A stretch of 64,000 bases of DNA from Lingula anatina (lineage: Eukaryota; Animalia; Brachiopoda), in NCBI GenBank assembly GCA_051362555.1, contig CM120640.1:59994788-60058787 (forward strand). Direction: 5' to 3'. This document shows positions 1 to 11,582 of this stretch, piece by piece. Within the stretch, counting starts at the first letter, position 1, and every line of letters starts with the position of its first letter. A program made the translations under genes and the position numbers. Below the pieces are notes generated by a model. That model saw nothing but the letters and a program-made list of their open reading frames with translations. It was not told the origin of the DNA and searched no databases.

Positions 1-49
1 AAACCTCTCACGAGGCGTTCAAAGTTTTTGATGACATAAGAACCACTTC
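1..49 (-). CDS. TMEM38: TMEM38 alternative exon 4b (truncated by window edge)
   Basis: Acceptor tttttatag (AG 51-50); reads (G)SGSYVIKNFERLVRG, same phase as and homologous to exon 4a. Confidence 0.8.
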
Positions 50-3000
50 CTATAAAAATTATGCACAATTCAAATTGCTGAGCAACTGACTTGTGGTCCT
101 CTTTGATGACGTGTCCTTCCCATTGAAAACTATGAGGAGTAATTTCACTTTTGTTTGTCTCAGTCAGATATGATCTTCCCAGAATTAGAAAATATCTCTT
201 ACTTAATGCATTTTCATCGCAGTAAAATTAACAGAAATTTTGCAACCTCAAACAGTAAAGGTCTACTGAAAATCATTCGCTGTTATGTCATTGTCATTGG
301 GAAAGAGTGCATCACCACAGAGTGCCCAGGAACAGATGGAATCAAGACAAATAAATTTCACATCTTCATTGATTCCATCTTCCTATAATCTTTCAACAAA
401 AGCTTGATCAAAAAGTAATCAATTTAATCAAGTCTTTGTTGTTTTCAATGTGATGAACATAACAAACCTTATGTACTTACAATGTTGGTAATAAAATTTC
501 ATTAACTGTTGGAATCCACACTCCTCGTACCATACGCTCAAAGCTTCTCATAAAAGCAGCACCACCTCCTACAAAATCCAATGTGCTCACAAATCACACA
601 AAACAATGGTGGGAAAGGAAAGTGCAGGGAGAGATGCAGGGTCCACAGTGCAGTCTGCCAAGGACAGTGCAACACTGGGGGGAAGGAAACAGCACAAAAG
701 TGCAGGTAAACAGATAAGAAAACAGAAAAGAAAGAAAAATTCAAACTGCTACTCAACAAAATAACAACATGATAAACATATACAATGGTGACTTAAAAAC
801 AGTATATTGCTCTGATGCAACACTTACTCAGCAAATATGAACATGCAGATGTGTAACAAAATGTCTTTGTAACTTGCTTCCACAATGAAAAATCAGATTA
901 ATTACTCAGCCATTGGAAAAATTATACAAAAAATCTTAAATTATTGTTGATGTGACATCAACTCCCTTTCATACTTTCAATGATTCGTAACAGTTGCAGA
1001 TGTCAAACCACTGCCCAGTTGTAACAACTATTTCATTGCTAACCACTGCCCAGCAGTTGCAGTTATAATAATAAATGCAATGTATAACCATTACTTACTT
1101 GTAACAGCTACCACAATGTTCATCTATTCCCAAGTTGTTACAACTAACAATGTTCAGCAGTAACAATTAACACAACACTTAACTGCTGACCAGCTGTAAC
1201 TACTAACACAATGTATAACCATTGCCTAGTTATAACAACTAGCACAATGTCCAAACATTGCACAGCTGTTACAACTAGCACAATGGTCAACCACTACCCA
1301 GTTTTGACAACTCCAACTGCACCCCCACCTCCAACAATTGACAGCACTTTTGAAGCAAGAAATATAATAGAAACATTTCCATTATGAAGGCCATGACATC
1401 TGACCGACTTCCTAATCATGTGAAAGCTTGTAAGGCTGATTATTTGTTTTCTGTTGCATTTACAAACCTCGTGACACAGCGATTATAATCATTAAAAGGT
1501 AAGCATTTGGATGAAGCTTTGCAGTGATGGCAACTCCGTCATGAACTTGTTTGGCCCTCCGAATTTCAACAGCAAGGAATGCAACTACACGGAGGGGCAA
1601 TAATCTCATAGTTTTGTAGCAGATATCCATAGGTGAGTAGTTGATCAAGTACCTAATAATCACAGGGATAAAGGGAAAAGCAAATTACATCATTGAACAG
1701 ATGTGCAAAGGGTTGGAAGCATTGATGTTTATGAGATATTGCGCCTTTTGGCAATCCTGCAAGATTGAAGGCTGGTCTACAAAAACTAACAGAGTAAATA
1801 GTTTATGTTTTATGTACGATCTGGCAACTGGACCTGCTACAAGCTAGATCAGAATATGAAAATAGATCTGAGAATTTAAAAAGAAAGATTTAATAGTAGA
1901 CTGAATGGTATATTATTAGGGCAGCAATGACAGCAGCAGATCTGAAAAAAATGACGTAGCTATAAGATATAGACTTCTTAATTTTATGCTCTATCTGAGG
2001 ATGAAAAATTCTAAATAAATAATAATTAAAAAATCTGTAGGAAGGTAGTGCTAAAATACAATAATGGTGCTAGTCAAGCAGTCAGTAGCAACTTGGATTG
2101 CACAGCCATTCTAGCACACTGCAAGAACACACCAATACATAATGTTACCTCTAAACAAACAGATCATAGGCAAAAAATACAGGGTGGTCCAAAAAGATGT
2201 ATCCATTTTATTATCCCTATCATTTCAAAGAAAATTTACCCTGTTTCCATGTAAGATATGGCTTTTACGACCAACGCAAATAATGCTGAAAGCTGTGCCT
2301 TCGGAAAAACCATCAGTCAGCCAATCAAAGACCATCTTGATTTCTTGGGCATCATTTTTTTCTGTGACGAGGCAAATGTCCAACTTATTGGTCACGTAAA
2401 CAAAAAATATATGCCCTTTTGGGCTCAGGCTCAGCTGTCACCCACTTCATTAGAAATTGTGTCTGTTTCATGCAGGTTGGGTCATTATGGCATTATCAAG
2501 TAGTCACAGTGAATCAGCACTAAGGAGCTTGGATTGAGCTGATTATAAACTATTGAGCTGTGCTTGCAAAATGGAGGTATGCCAGTAAAAATTATACCAC
2601 AAAAAACTTACATGTCTGTAGGACAGGTGAATGAAAAAAATTGTTTTTTTACTTTCAATAGAAAATGCTACTTCATCAAAAATGGACACATCTTTTTGGA
2701 CCACCCAGTACATAAACATCAACTGAAAAATAATTAACAAAAAATGAAGAAAACAGCAACCATAATGCAACAGAAGCTATGGTCCAGTTAAGCGTGCTGC
2801 TGTTGCCATGGGGAACAGAACTGACCTTTCACCACCCCAATTATGACCATCAGCAAATAGGCATCAGGATAGAGCTGAGCAGTGACCACCACCCCCTGGT
2901 GGACTTTCTTTGCACGCAGAACTTCTTTAAGGACACTAATAACCACCCTGACAGGGAGGAACTTGGCAGCTCTGTACAGTATATCAAAAGGCGAGTAGTT

Positions 3001-6000
3001 AATTATGTACCTGGAATAAAACAGGCACCTGTTGTATTCTGTGCAAGGTTTAACATTTTCATTCTACATGCTGGTGAGCTGCCCTTTCAGTACAAGTGCC
3101 GTAAACACACACATAGTACTCAGGAAAACAGAACATGTTTATGACCTGAAGATGAATCCAGAAAACATTTCTAAGAAAATGAATAACGGCTCCCACTGGG
3201 AGCAAAATTTCAATGTGATTGAGGCATTCATAATATTCATACTGATATAAATATGTAGCAACTGACATAAATATAGTGGAAATAAAGACATAAGTTCACA
3301 TTTTTTTAAACAAACTGACTTCAACATATCACTGACAATTTAATAATAAAGCCTTAAACAAATGTGAAAAACCTCAACACATAAGTGGAATGGATAGCCA
3401 TTTACTATGTTATCACTGAAAAAGCAAAGTTGCAAATCTATGCTATGAAAGTTGTTAAGGAACTGATTTCAAGCTTTTTTTAATAATTAAAATGAAAATT
3501 TCAACCGTGAAAACTTCAGTGACATAAGTAAATAACAATCAGTTTTATCACTTTGTGTAAATGTGTCATGATGAAGACTCATCAGTCTCACTGTCCCACT
3601 TATGGCTAAAATCAAATAACAAATATTTTTCACTTGATTTAGGAAAAATTGCTATAAAATGACCAAAATTAAGGTTTGCCCAATAAAGAGACTAGGGTCT
3701 TCTGTGTGTTAATATGTGGTACAGTGATCATTATAGTGTAAGTTAAGAAGTTTACCTGTAGACAGGAGGGCACACTCCTATAGAATAAGTCACAAGCAAT
3801 TATTGGTAACATTTATATATCAAACTGCTGAGTGACTTAAACCTTTATATCTCTTTTTCAAAAAAAAAAAAAAAACAGCTGGAATACGTAACATCATTCA
3901 GTCAATGGTTATTCTGCATACTGTATTTTACTCACTATTCAATGCTGAAAAATCTACTCAAGTTCTACATCCTTAAAGGAACAATTTGCAAGACTGGCAT
4001 GGATTCATATTTCCCTTTTTTAGGACACATACTGGTGCCACTAATAGTTTGGATCACAATAGGCTGAATGTTGAGAAGTTTTATGAAATTCTTTAAGACC
4101 CTTCCCTAAAAAAAAAGATTATAATAATAATTGTGCATTGAAAATTTTCAAGCAGCATACATTCTTTTTAAGACATGTTTGTAGAAGACTGGGGGGAGAT
4201 GTAGACCATAAACTCACCACACTACTGTTGCTGTTAAGACCATATCGTGTCTCTTGAATGCTACAATACAGGGCTCTCCCAACATCAGGTTGGCAAGGAT
4301 GCTGCCTCCAAAGCACATCAACATGGTCGACACCCAGCATGATAAGGGATGTTTCCGCGAAAAAGCTTGAGATCCTACAAAGTAAAAAATAAATCATTTA
4401 TGGAGTCTATGTGCATTGGTATAATAATATTATATTTGAAATCATACAGCAGGAACAGTAGTAATATTGTTAAATGCATGTCATGTTTGTTACATTGTTG
4501 AGATTATGGTAATAATAATGTTACATTATTGTACAGTTTATATTTCATATCTCACAGAAAACTGTACAGGGATTTATATGGATTTGTAGATCTGATTTCC
4601 ATTTCTGGCAGTAACAGGTACCTACAAAATGGCTTAATTTCTAGAGCCCGTTACTGAGAATCAAGATTACTGGTATATCAAACAACAATGACATTTAAAA
4701 TTGTGAAAACAACCAAGTCCAATTAATATCTCTTCACTATGAGGTTTACCTAAACACAGGCAGGGCACCTTTAATTAATCCCTGTTTCTGTTTCAAATGC
4801 CAATGACCAAGCAAAGTGAGATAGGCTGCTGTAAATCATGTTGCTGAAGTTTCAAAGCATACCTGACATAATAATATATATGCTGTCTACATTTTCAATT
4901 AAGAATCCACAGCATGTGCTCAAGGGGAGGGGGGTTGAGGGGTGAAAATGAACTGCCCTTTTGGGTGGAGATAAGGTCACTTTTGAATAAAAAAATTATC
5001 TAGTTTTATGTACATGCATACATTTTATTGTGAAAAGGCCCACTTATCAAAAAAATGTTTATGTTTATTTTTATTATATATATATATATATATTTTTTTT
5101 TTTTTTGACTGATGAACCTAACACAGACATAACTCTGATTAACATGTCATGGTGTGCCACTATAACTCACTTCAGATTGAAATCAGTAAGACAATAACCT
5201 TTGAGATGCCCCCTCCATATGGTAACAGGGCAACATCTCTCCAAGCACACATCTACCTGTGCATACCTGACATGCAGGCACCTCAGAATTTCAGCTAGTC
5301 CCACTCTATATCCCAACTAGCAACAAGTGACCAATAAAATATATTCAAAGAAACTTGAAAGACTGAATTCCAAAGTCATATCTATTTTATTTGAGGGGAT
5401 TGCACAAGATATGGGAATATTGTTTTTTAATAAAAGATAAAAGATGAACATGTCATGATTTATAAAATAACTCAAATGCTTACCAAAACATAAATATGGT
5501 ATTTCTATACACATAGAGGATGTGTATAACCACATTATCTTATTTTACTTTCAAAAGAGAACAATATACTTTTAAACCATATTTTAACATAATTTTACAT
5601 TATATGTAAACAAAGTTATTTTATACCATTAAAACATCATACTGGATAATAGTTGGTATAGCACTGTTGCACTTGGATATGTTACTTTCATGTTAGTATT
5701 ATACTTAATATTGAGGTGTACAGTACATATTCCTTTTACCTGCCTCACTCTGTGCAGGTCCCAGACCTGCCTACATTGGGCTCTATTATTGTAGAGTTCA
5801 CAGCTGTGTGGATCTTACTGTGCTACCTATATTTACATTTCCTAAAATATCTCACCCTTCCAATATCAGGTTACGTTTCTGCTAGTATGAGGAGTTGCTC
5901 CACCTCTGGCAGCCATTACTAGATCAAGTATTTGATCAGGTAGATATGCATGGATCAATCTAAAAGCATCTTATCCAAAAATTATACCATTTGAAAGGAA

Positions 6001-7771
6001 TTCTGAAAAAAATATATGGATCAACTGCTTTGCCCTAGTCCAGTCCACTTCAAATCTAAACCCTTCCAAAATTATTCTTTTTCAAGAGAAATTGTTTTTT
6101 TTTACAAGATATTATCAATGCACAAGTATATCTAAAGGGGATATTCATCTCTGTCAACGCAGGTGTACGGTTTGTTATTCACACACACACACACACATAC
6201 ATGTATACATGCACCACTGCAGACTGATGTCCTGAATGGTCCAACAGATCATTTTAAATCCACAAACCTATACAGAACCACAGAGATCAGTGGGACATTA
6301 ATTACTGGACATTTCCTCTTAAAATGTTGATGTGAAGACATCCTAATAACCAAATTAAATCTTACTTGAAAGAAATTGAGGAAAAGGTCAACAAGACCAA
6401 GGATAAGTAATTTGATGGTTCAGTACCTGAAACATTTTCCTTGCTTCAGCAGCCAGCCATGTACCCCTCAAACAATACCAACTCGTTCTTGCATAATACT
6501 ACAGTTGTGTATGAATGACCACTGGATAGCCCCAAGTGGACACTGATATATGAGACTATTCAAAACTCTCTGGTTAAATGGGATTGATGAGGTGTGAGAC
6601 ATTTCATACAACAATGATCGTAAAAATTGCCTACTGTGTGCTATACATGTATTTACTTCTTGTAACATTACATGACATGTAGTACAGTTTACAGATCCTA
6701 GCTCTGCCTGTCACGAAAAGAAAAAAATTGCACACACTAATACAAAATATGTTACGTATATTTTGTAATCGAACTTTCCTTGACAAGTCGTAAACTAAAG
6801 TGTTGCTTTTTCATTTCTTAACTTAACATGTAAATATGGGCCAAGTGAACATCTTTTAAACAGATACAGTAGTCAATAACCGTCAGAGAATGAAAGACCT
6901 GCAGAAGCCCTGTGTAAAAACAACATTCCATTGTAATAACTTACAATTTTACTGCAGCCATTATCAAACCAGTGATAAATAAAAACATGTGTGATACTGT
7001 TAACATTTACAAAATTATTTCTGGCATTTTAAATATGCAGTGAATGACTGTATTCTTAATATTGGTGGGGGCTTGAAATCCTATTTTACCATTCATTAAC
7101 GCCTGGAACTAGCATCAGGTAGTTTCTGGCCTCTACCAAACATTTGAAACAATTCAGATATAATTTCATCTGTTTAACTTTACTGCAATTTTATGAAAAT
7201 GTGTAATTCTATTGTGGAACATTAATAACAAGTTGCAGTGTTCCCCATAATCTGACCCAGAACAAAATTAGCAAAAAGGGCAAAAATACTCATATAATAA
7301 AAATATTTCAAAATTGTTCAATTTTAAAAGAAAATATTCCATTTAGCTAGTTAAATCACGAACTCAATTGCTCTTAAAGGTTAATTTGTAATAAAGATAA
7401 CAATATCAGTATATTAATGGAGTAATGATTAATAGTCTTTGTTTACAAACTGCTTAAGTGACATGGCAAAGACAGATCTTTGCAAAATACACAGATAAGG
7501 ATATGGTACATAGGTATAGCATAAACCAAACTGCATAATAACGCGTATGCAATATGTACTTTAAGATCTTCCACTAAGTAATCGCACTTTAGCACACGTA
7601 ATACTACGGGTAGGCGCAGAGATTCCACTGCCAGAGCGCCGACTTACCGGTCTGTGGCGAGTCTTCACGGACCGCTAGTGCCATCAAAATATAGTGACAA
7701 ACGTCAAAGTACGGCCACATTTTTAGTTTAGAGACCGTCGTCGCTATATTCATGAAGGTTTGTGGATCCAT
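1..7771 (-). CDS. TMEM38: Trimeric intracellular cation channel (TRIC/TMEM38), 5' part, with duplicated exons 3 and 4
   Basis: ATG 7771. E1 7771-7648 (MDPQTFMNIATTVSKLKMWPYFDVCHYILMALAVRED), E2 4374-4218 (SRKHPLSCWVSTMLMCFGGSILANLMLGEP), E3a 3010-2826 or E3b 1652-1468, E4a 568-481 or E4b 49-<1. All GT-AG with matching phases; TRIC motifs SRKHP, FGG, GEP, KEVxRxxK, ERxxRGxW. Runs off the left edge. Confidence 0.93.
481..568 (-). CDS. TMEM38: TMEM38 alternative exon 4a (88 nt)
   Basis: ttttgtag acceptor, gtaagt donor; reads (G)GGAAFMRSFERMVRGVWIPTVNEILLPT. Confidence 0.88.
1003..1312. repeat. Degenerate ~36-bp minisatellite
   Basis: About 8 diverged units resembling AACCA(C/T)TGCCCAGTTGTAACAACTAGCACAATG. 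Confidence 0.6.
1468..1652 (-). CDS. TMEM38: TMEM38 alternative exon 3b (185 nt)
   Basis: attattag acceptor, gtttgt donor; YLINYSPMDICYKTMRLLPLRVVAFLAVEIRRAKQVHDGVAITAKLHPNAYLLMIIIAVSR, no stops or indels. Confidence 0.88.
2180..2708 (+). mobile_element. Internally deleted Tc1/mariner-superfamily transposon
   Basis: TA TSD (2178-2179, 2709-2710); ~30-bp TIR CAGGGTGGTCCAAAAAGATGTxTCCATTTT; transposase remnant IIFFCDEANVQLIGHVNK, resembling the first catalytic Asp motif (FSDEA..L.G.VNK). Confidence 0.8.
2826..3010 (-). CDS. TMEM38: TMEM38 alternative exon 3a (185 nt)
   Basis: tttattccag acceptor, gtcagt donor; YIINYSPFDILYRAAKFLPVRVVISVLKEVLRAKKVHQGVVVTAQLYPDAYLLMVIIGVVK. Not represented in the ORF track. 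Confidence 0.9.
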
Positions 7772-8441
7772 TTTGAAATTGTGTGGGAACACTCCACAAA
7801 AGGAGACGGCGAAAATCCTGCACCTCGACCGGAAATATCGAAAGAAAGAGAGCGCACGCGCGAGGGATTTCCCCAAAGTGAAAGGTCTTTGAGAAACAAT
7901 GATAAATATGTAGACTAGCTGTATGTGCACTGCCTCTTACACGCATGTTTTCTTTCTCGTTGTGCAAGTTTTAAACCAAACAAAAAGTAACAAAAAAAAA
8001 AAAAAAAACTATAAAACTAAAATGTCATTACTAAATTTGCATTAACTTAGTAAGACAAACAATTAAAATTGAGTCTGCTGAGCTTGCTGAGACAGATCGG
8101 TTTACACTGTTGTGTAGCCGACAGGTGCAAAATGTGAGTGTCTTTACGTTAGGATTTTTCCTCATTCACTGATATAATTGACGTAAGATAAAGATTAGGC
8201 ATACCATGTTATTAAATAAAGCTGTTGTAACAAATATGCATCAGAGGGGAGGGGCTAAAGCGCCGCTTTAGAGGTGAAATCTGTAATATCGCTTTTAAAC
8301 AGATATCCCTCACCTGAATTTAGCTACATGTACAGGAATGTACCAAGTAAAATGTTTCGCCTCAGTTTTCGTCAAAGGACACAGTTTTGTACAAAAATCA
8401 GCATAGGCAACCACGTGCTTTTGAAATGACTTGTATTGAAC

Positions 8442-8470
8442 TAAGGAGTTTCAACTGTTGAAACTCCTTG
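8442..8470. mobile_element. 29-bp palindrome with 7-bp TSD (probable transposon footprint)
   Basis: attgaac|TAAGGAGTTTCAAC-T-GTTGAAACTCCTTG|attgaac. Confidence 0.55.
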
Positions 8471-10007
8471 ATTGAACTAGAATCACATAACAAAATATTA
8501 TAGTAGAAAAGAAGAAAAAAATTGCACCGAGAACCAAAATTAATCTGCATTTATCTGTATATTGATAGTATTTTTTTATAAAAGGTGACGTTGATTTTAG
8601 ACAGGATACCTAAAACGCGATCATCATGGAGTAGCCTACATGTATTTCAATCCAACAACCTTTATCTTAAATATACATTATTCACCGCCTTTATCTTATA
8701 GGCATAGAGGTACGGTGAATTATCGGGGATAAATATTTTTCTAAATGTGTTTGATGTGCGTTTTCATTGAGCGTTTCACTCCATAAATTGCCATTTTTAC
8801 ATCTAAATTATTTTGGAGAAACATTTTACATCCGTTTTTATGGAGCATTTTTAATCAATAAATTGAATCCATTCTCAAAGCGTAAGGAGTGAATCATTAA
8901 AGAGAAATTAAATTTATTTAATAAAAAAGTTCCATGAAATATTTGAAACCCATAGGCCGACATTTTTTATATTTAAATGCATAGAGGTTTAATATTGACT
9001 CAAAATACTCCATTTCAAAATGGAATTTAAATCCGTTTTTGATATCATTCCATTCATACTTATATCAGCTTCACTCAAGACAATGTAGGTCTGTATACAT
9101 GAGTTTCTAGATTCTTTCATAAAATTCGTTTGGGCCAAATGATCTGTGTACGTTTACACTATGAGCCATTTCATGTGATCTTGATTTATTAATCAGCTAC
9201 TTTCGTTAATTTCCATTTTTTAAAAAATATTTTAACGAATAAGTAATATGATGGATAAAAAGGCTAGCCCTATCCGACAGGACAGTAGAATTGTGGTCTT
9301 GTGAAAAGTGTTTTTCATTAAAGAATTTTTATTTGACCTCAAATTCCGTTGTTTTATTTCAAAGCTGGTGCAAGATTAAAGTGTGTACCCAATATGCAGA
9401 GTTAACTTATTAAAGATTCTCTCTGGCATTTCTCACCTGAAATCTTCATCGATGATTGTTTTGTGCAAATCAAACTGATCCTACATTGTATTTGATATTC
9501 ACTTTGCAAATGTTAATTAGATAATACGACTTTGTCATTCAAGCAGTGGTACAAGATTTCTAGGCAGAGGATAGTGGCCGACGTGAAGAAGAGGATATCG
9601 AACGACGCCATGCAGTGACATACATATTAGAATGTGATATCTAAGCCAAATGACACACCGATTTAATTTCAACGAAAAATGGTCATTTTCAACTTCTTAA
9701 TGTATAATCAGCCAAAGTACCGGACAAAAGAATCCACAAGATGAGAATAGTAATATAGCACCAACTATATAGTGCTCTTACCTTCTTTTGACACATTAAA
9801 TTCATCTGTGTTTACTAAAAGGCACGTTCTTAATGAACAAATTCCACACTTATATAATGCGCCAGTAAGTCGTTAGATAAATGCATTAGAACATCTTATA
9901 CTATATCTCTACGTTGTAACACTAGATGGTGTTTAACAATCAGGCTCTAATTGTGACGATGAGACCACAGTTTGACGGGTTCCTTGGGAGACGGGTGCGC
10001 TAGAGAG

Positions 10008-11548
10008 ATGGACACGATTCCAAAGCGCTACTGTCTGCTTTATCAAGTCACTTTAGTATTGTTTGTCCTTGAGGTAGGAATCAGAATTAACGAGTAGATA
10101 TAAATATGAAATAAGTTTGAAATTACATAAAATGTATTATTATTTACTTAGAAACACTCGCCACAAGATATGGTAATATGCTGAATATAATGGTATTGGC
10201 GTTGTTGTATTCAGATGATAGTTCCTGCCCGATGCTGGCATAACTTAGACAATGGTGAGTTCCATTGCTGGCCGGAACACGCAAGCGATGACAGACCAGA
10301 AACATATAACGAGTGTCCAGGTAGGGAAATTGAACGATGATGGCAGACCCAAAACGTCTTTTTCATTTTCTCCTCTTTTGTCTCACGACCATGTCAGAGA
10401 CTATTTACATAACGTTTGACTCCAATTGACTCTTTTTTTACGTTTTTCTCAGATGTATAGACGTCAATTTGTTGAAAAACATCAATTATACGTATCCATT
10501 TGTATAGTCATTTATATCAACAATATGATAATCTATATTTATTTATCTATTTATTTGTCTGTGCTATGTTATAGTTACTAGTATTGTTATTGATTGTACC
10601 TTGTATATGAAGGTGTTTGTCAATAAAGAATCTGAATCTATAGCGGGGCAATGCAATTGATCTTGAATTCACTCTTAAAAGAGCTCCCTCTGAGCGTTCA
10701 TGATTTCCAAACTTACACAATTTATCTCTACATCAGGGATAACTTTACGCTGGATAGATCCCCCTCCTGACAGCGTACGGGCTCAGAAACACTTCAACGT
10801 CACTTACGAGCTGTTAGTGGATACAATCTTCTATGAATGGGCAGAGGATAGGCAAATATTCGATGCGATTACGAATGGCACAAAGGATAAAAGGTGAGAA
10901 AAGCTTGAGGGATTTTGACAATTTTGGGTACAATTTAAGTCAAACCACTAAGTAGTTAACGTACTCCCATCGAAAATACTTGAATTGTGATATTTCAAAA
11001 TGTTTTTTTAAACATACACCTCTTTCTCACATTTTTCCACAGGAAAGGTCAGACAGCAAAGCAATGGTGCGTTCACACGAAGTGTCCAAGTCCCAGTCAG
11101 GCTTCCAAAGAAAACTGTTGTGTTAATCACGTGAATGTCCATTCATGTCCCTTACACCGGACTCCTAGGATTTGCGGTCCCTGGGTGTCCCCCAATGGAA
11201 CTATCTTTACCCACTCTGAGGTCATGGTCGGAAATGTAACTCAGGGGAACTGGACCAGTTTGATCAGGGGCCTATTTGAGGTTGGCCAGACCGAGTTACT
11301 GGCTCACTTTAAGCTGGGGAATATGCACATAGCTCTTCATAAGTCTGTCAAAGTGTTACCATCGACAGGTAATCGACCAAGGGCGCCTTAACATTTTCTC
11401 ATTTTGAGTATTCAACTACGTTAGAAAAGATTTTTCATATTGTCATATTGAATGTACACAAAATACACAGGGAAAATTGCGCTCGCACATTTTTAGCATT
11501 AGAGGTTCATGAAAAGAAATTCTTGAGTCGACTTACATATAGCATCGA

Positions 11549-11582
<34 letters not shown>

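Noticed and set aside
200-385. AG...GTAAG-bounded minus-strand segment between exons 4a and 4b
   Set aside because: No TRIC similarity and stops in the frame checked; cannot be supported as an exon.
2779-3144. 121-aa plus-strand ORF
   Set aside because: Antisense shadow of TMEM38 exon 3a; likewise 15649-16041 and 12791-13123 shadow cyclase exons.
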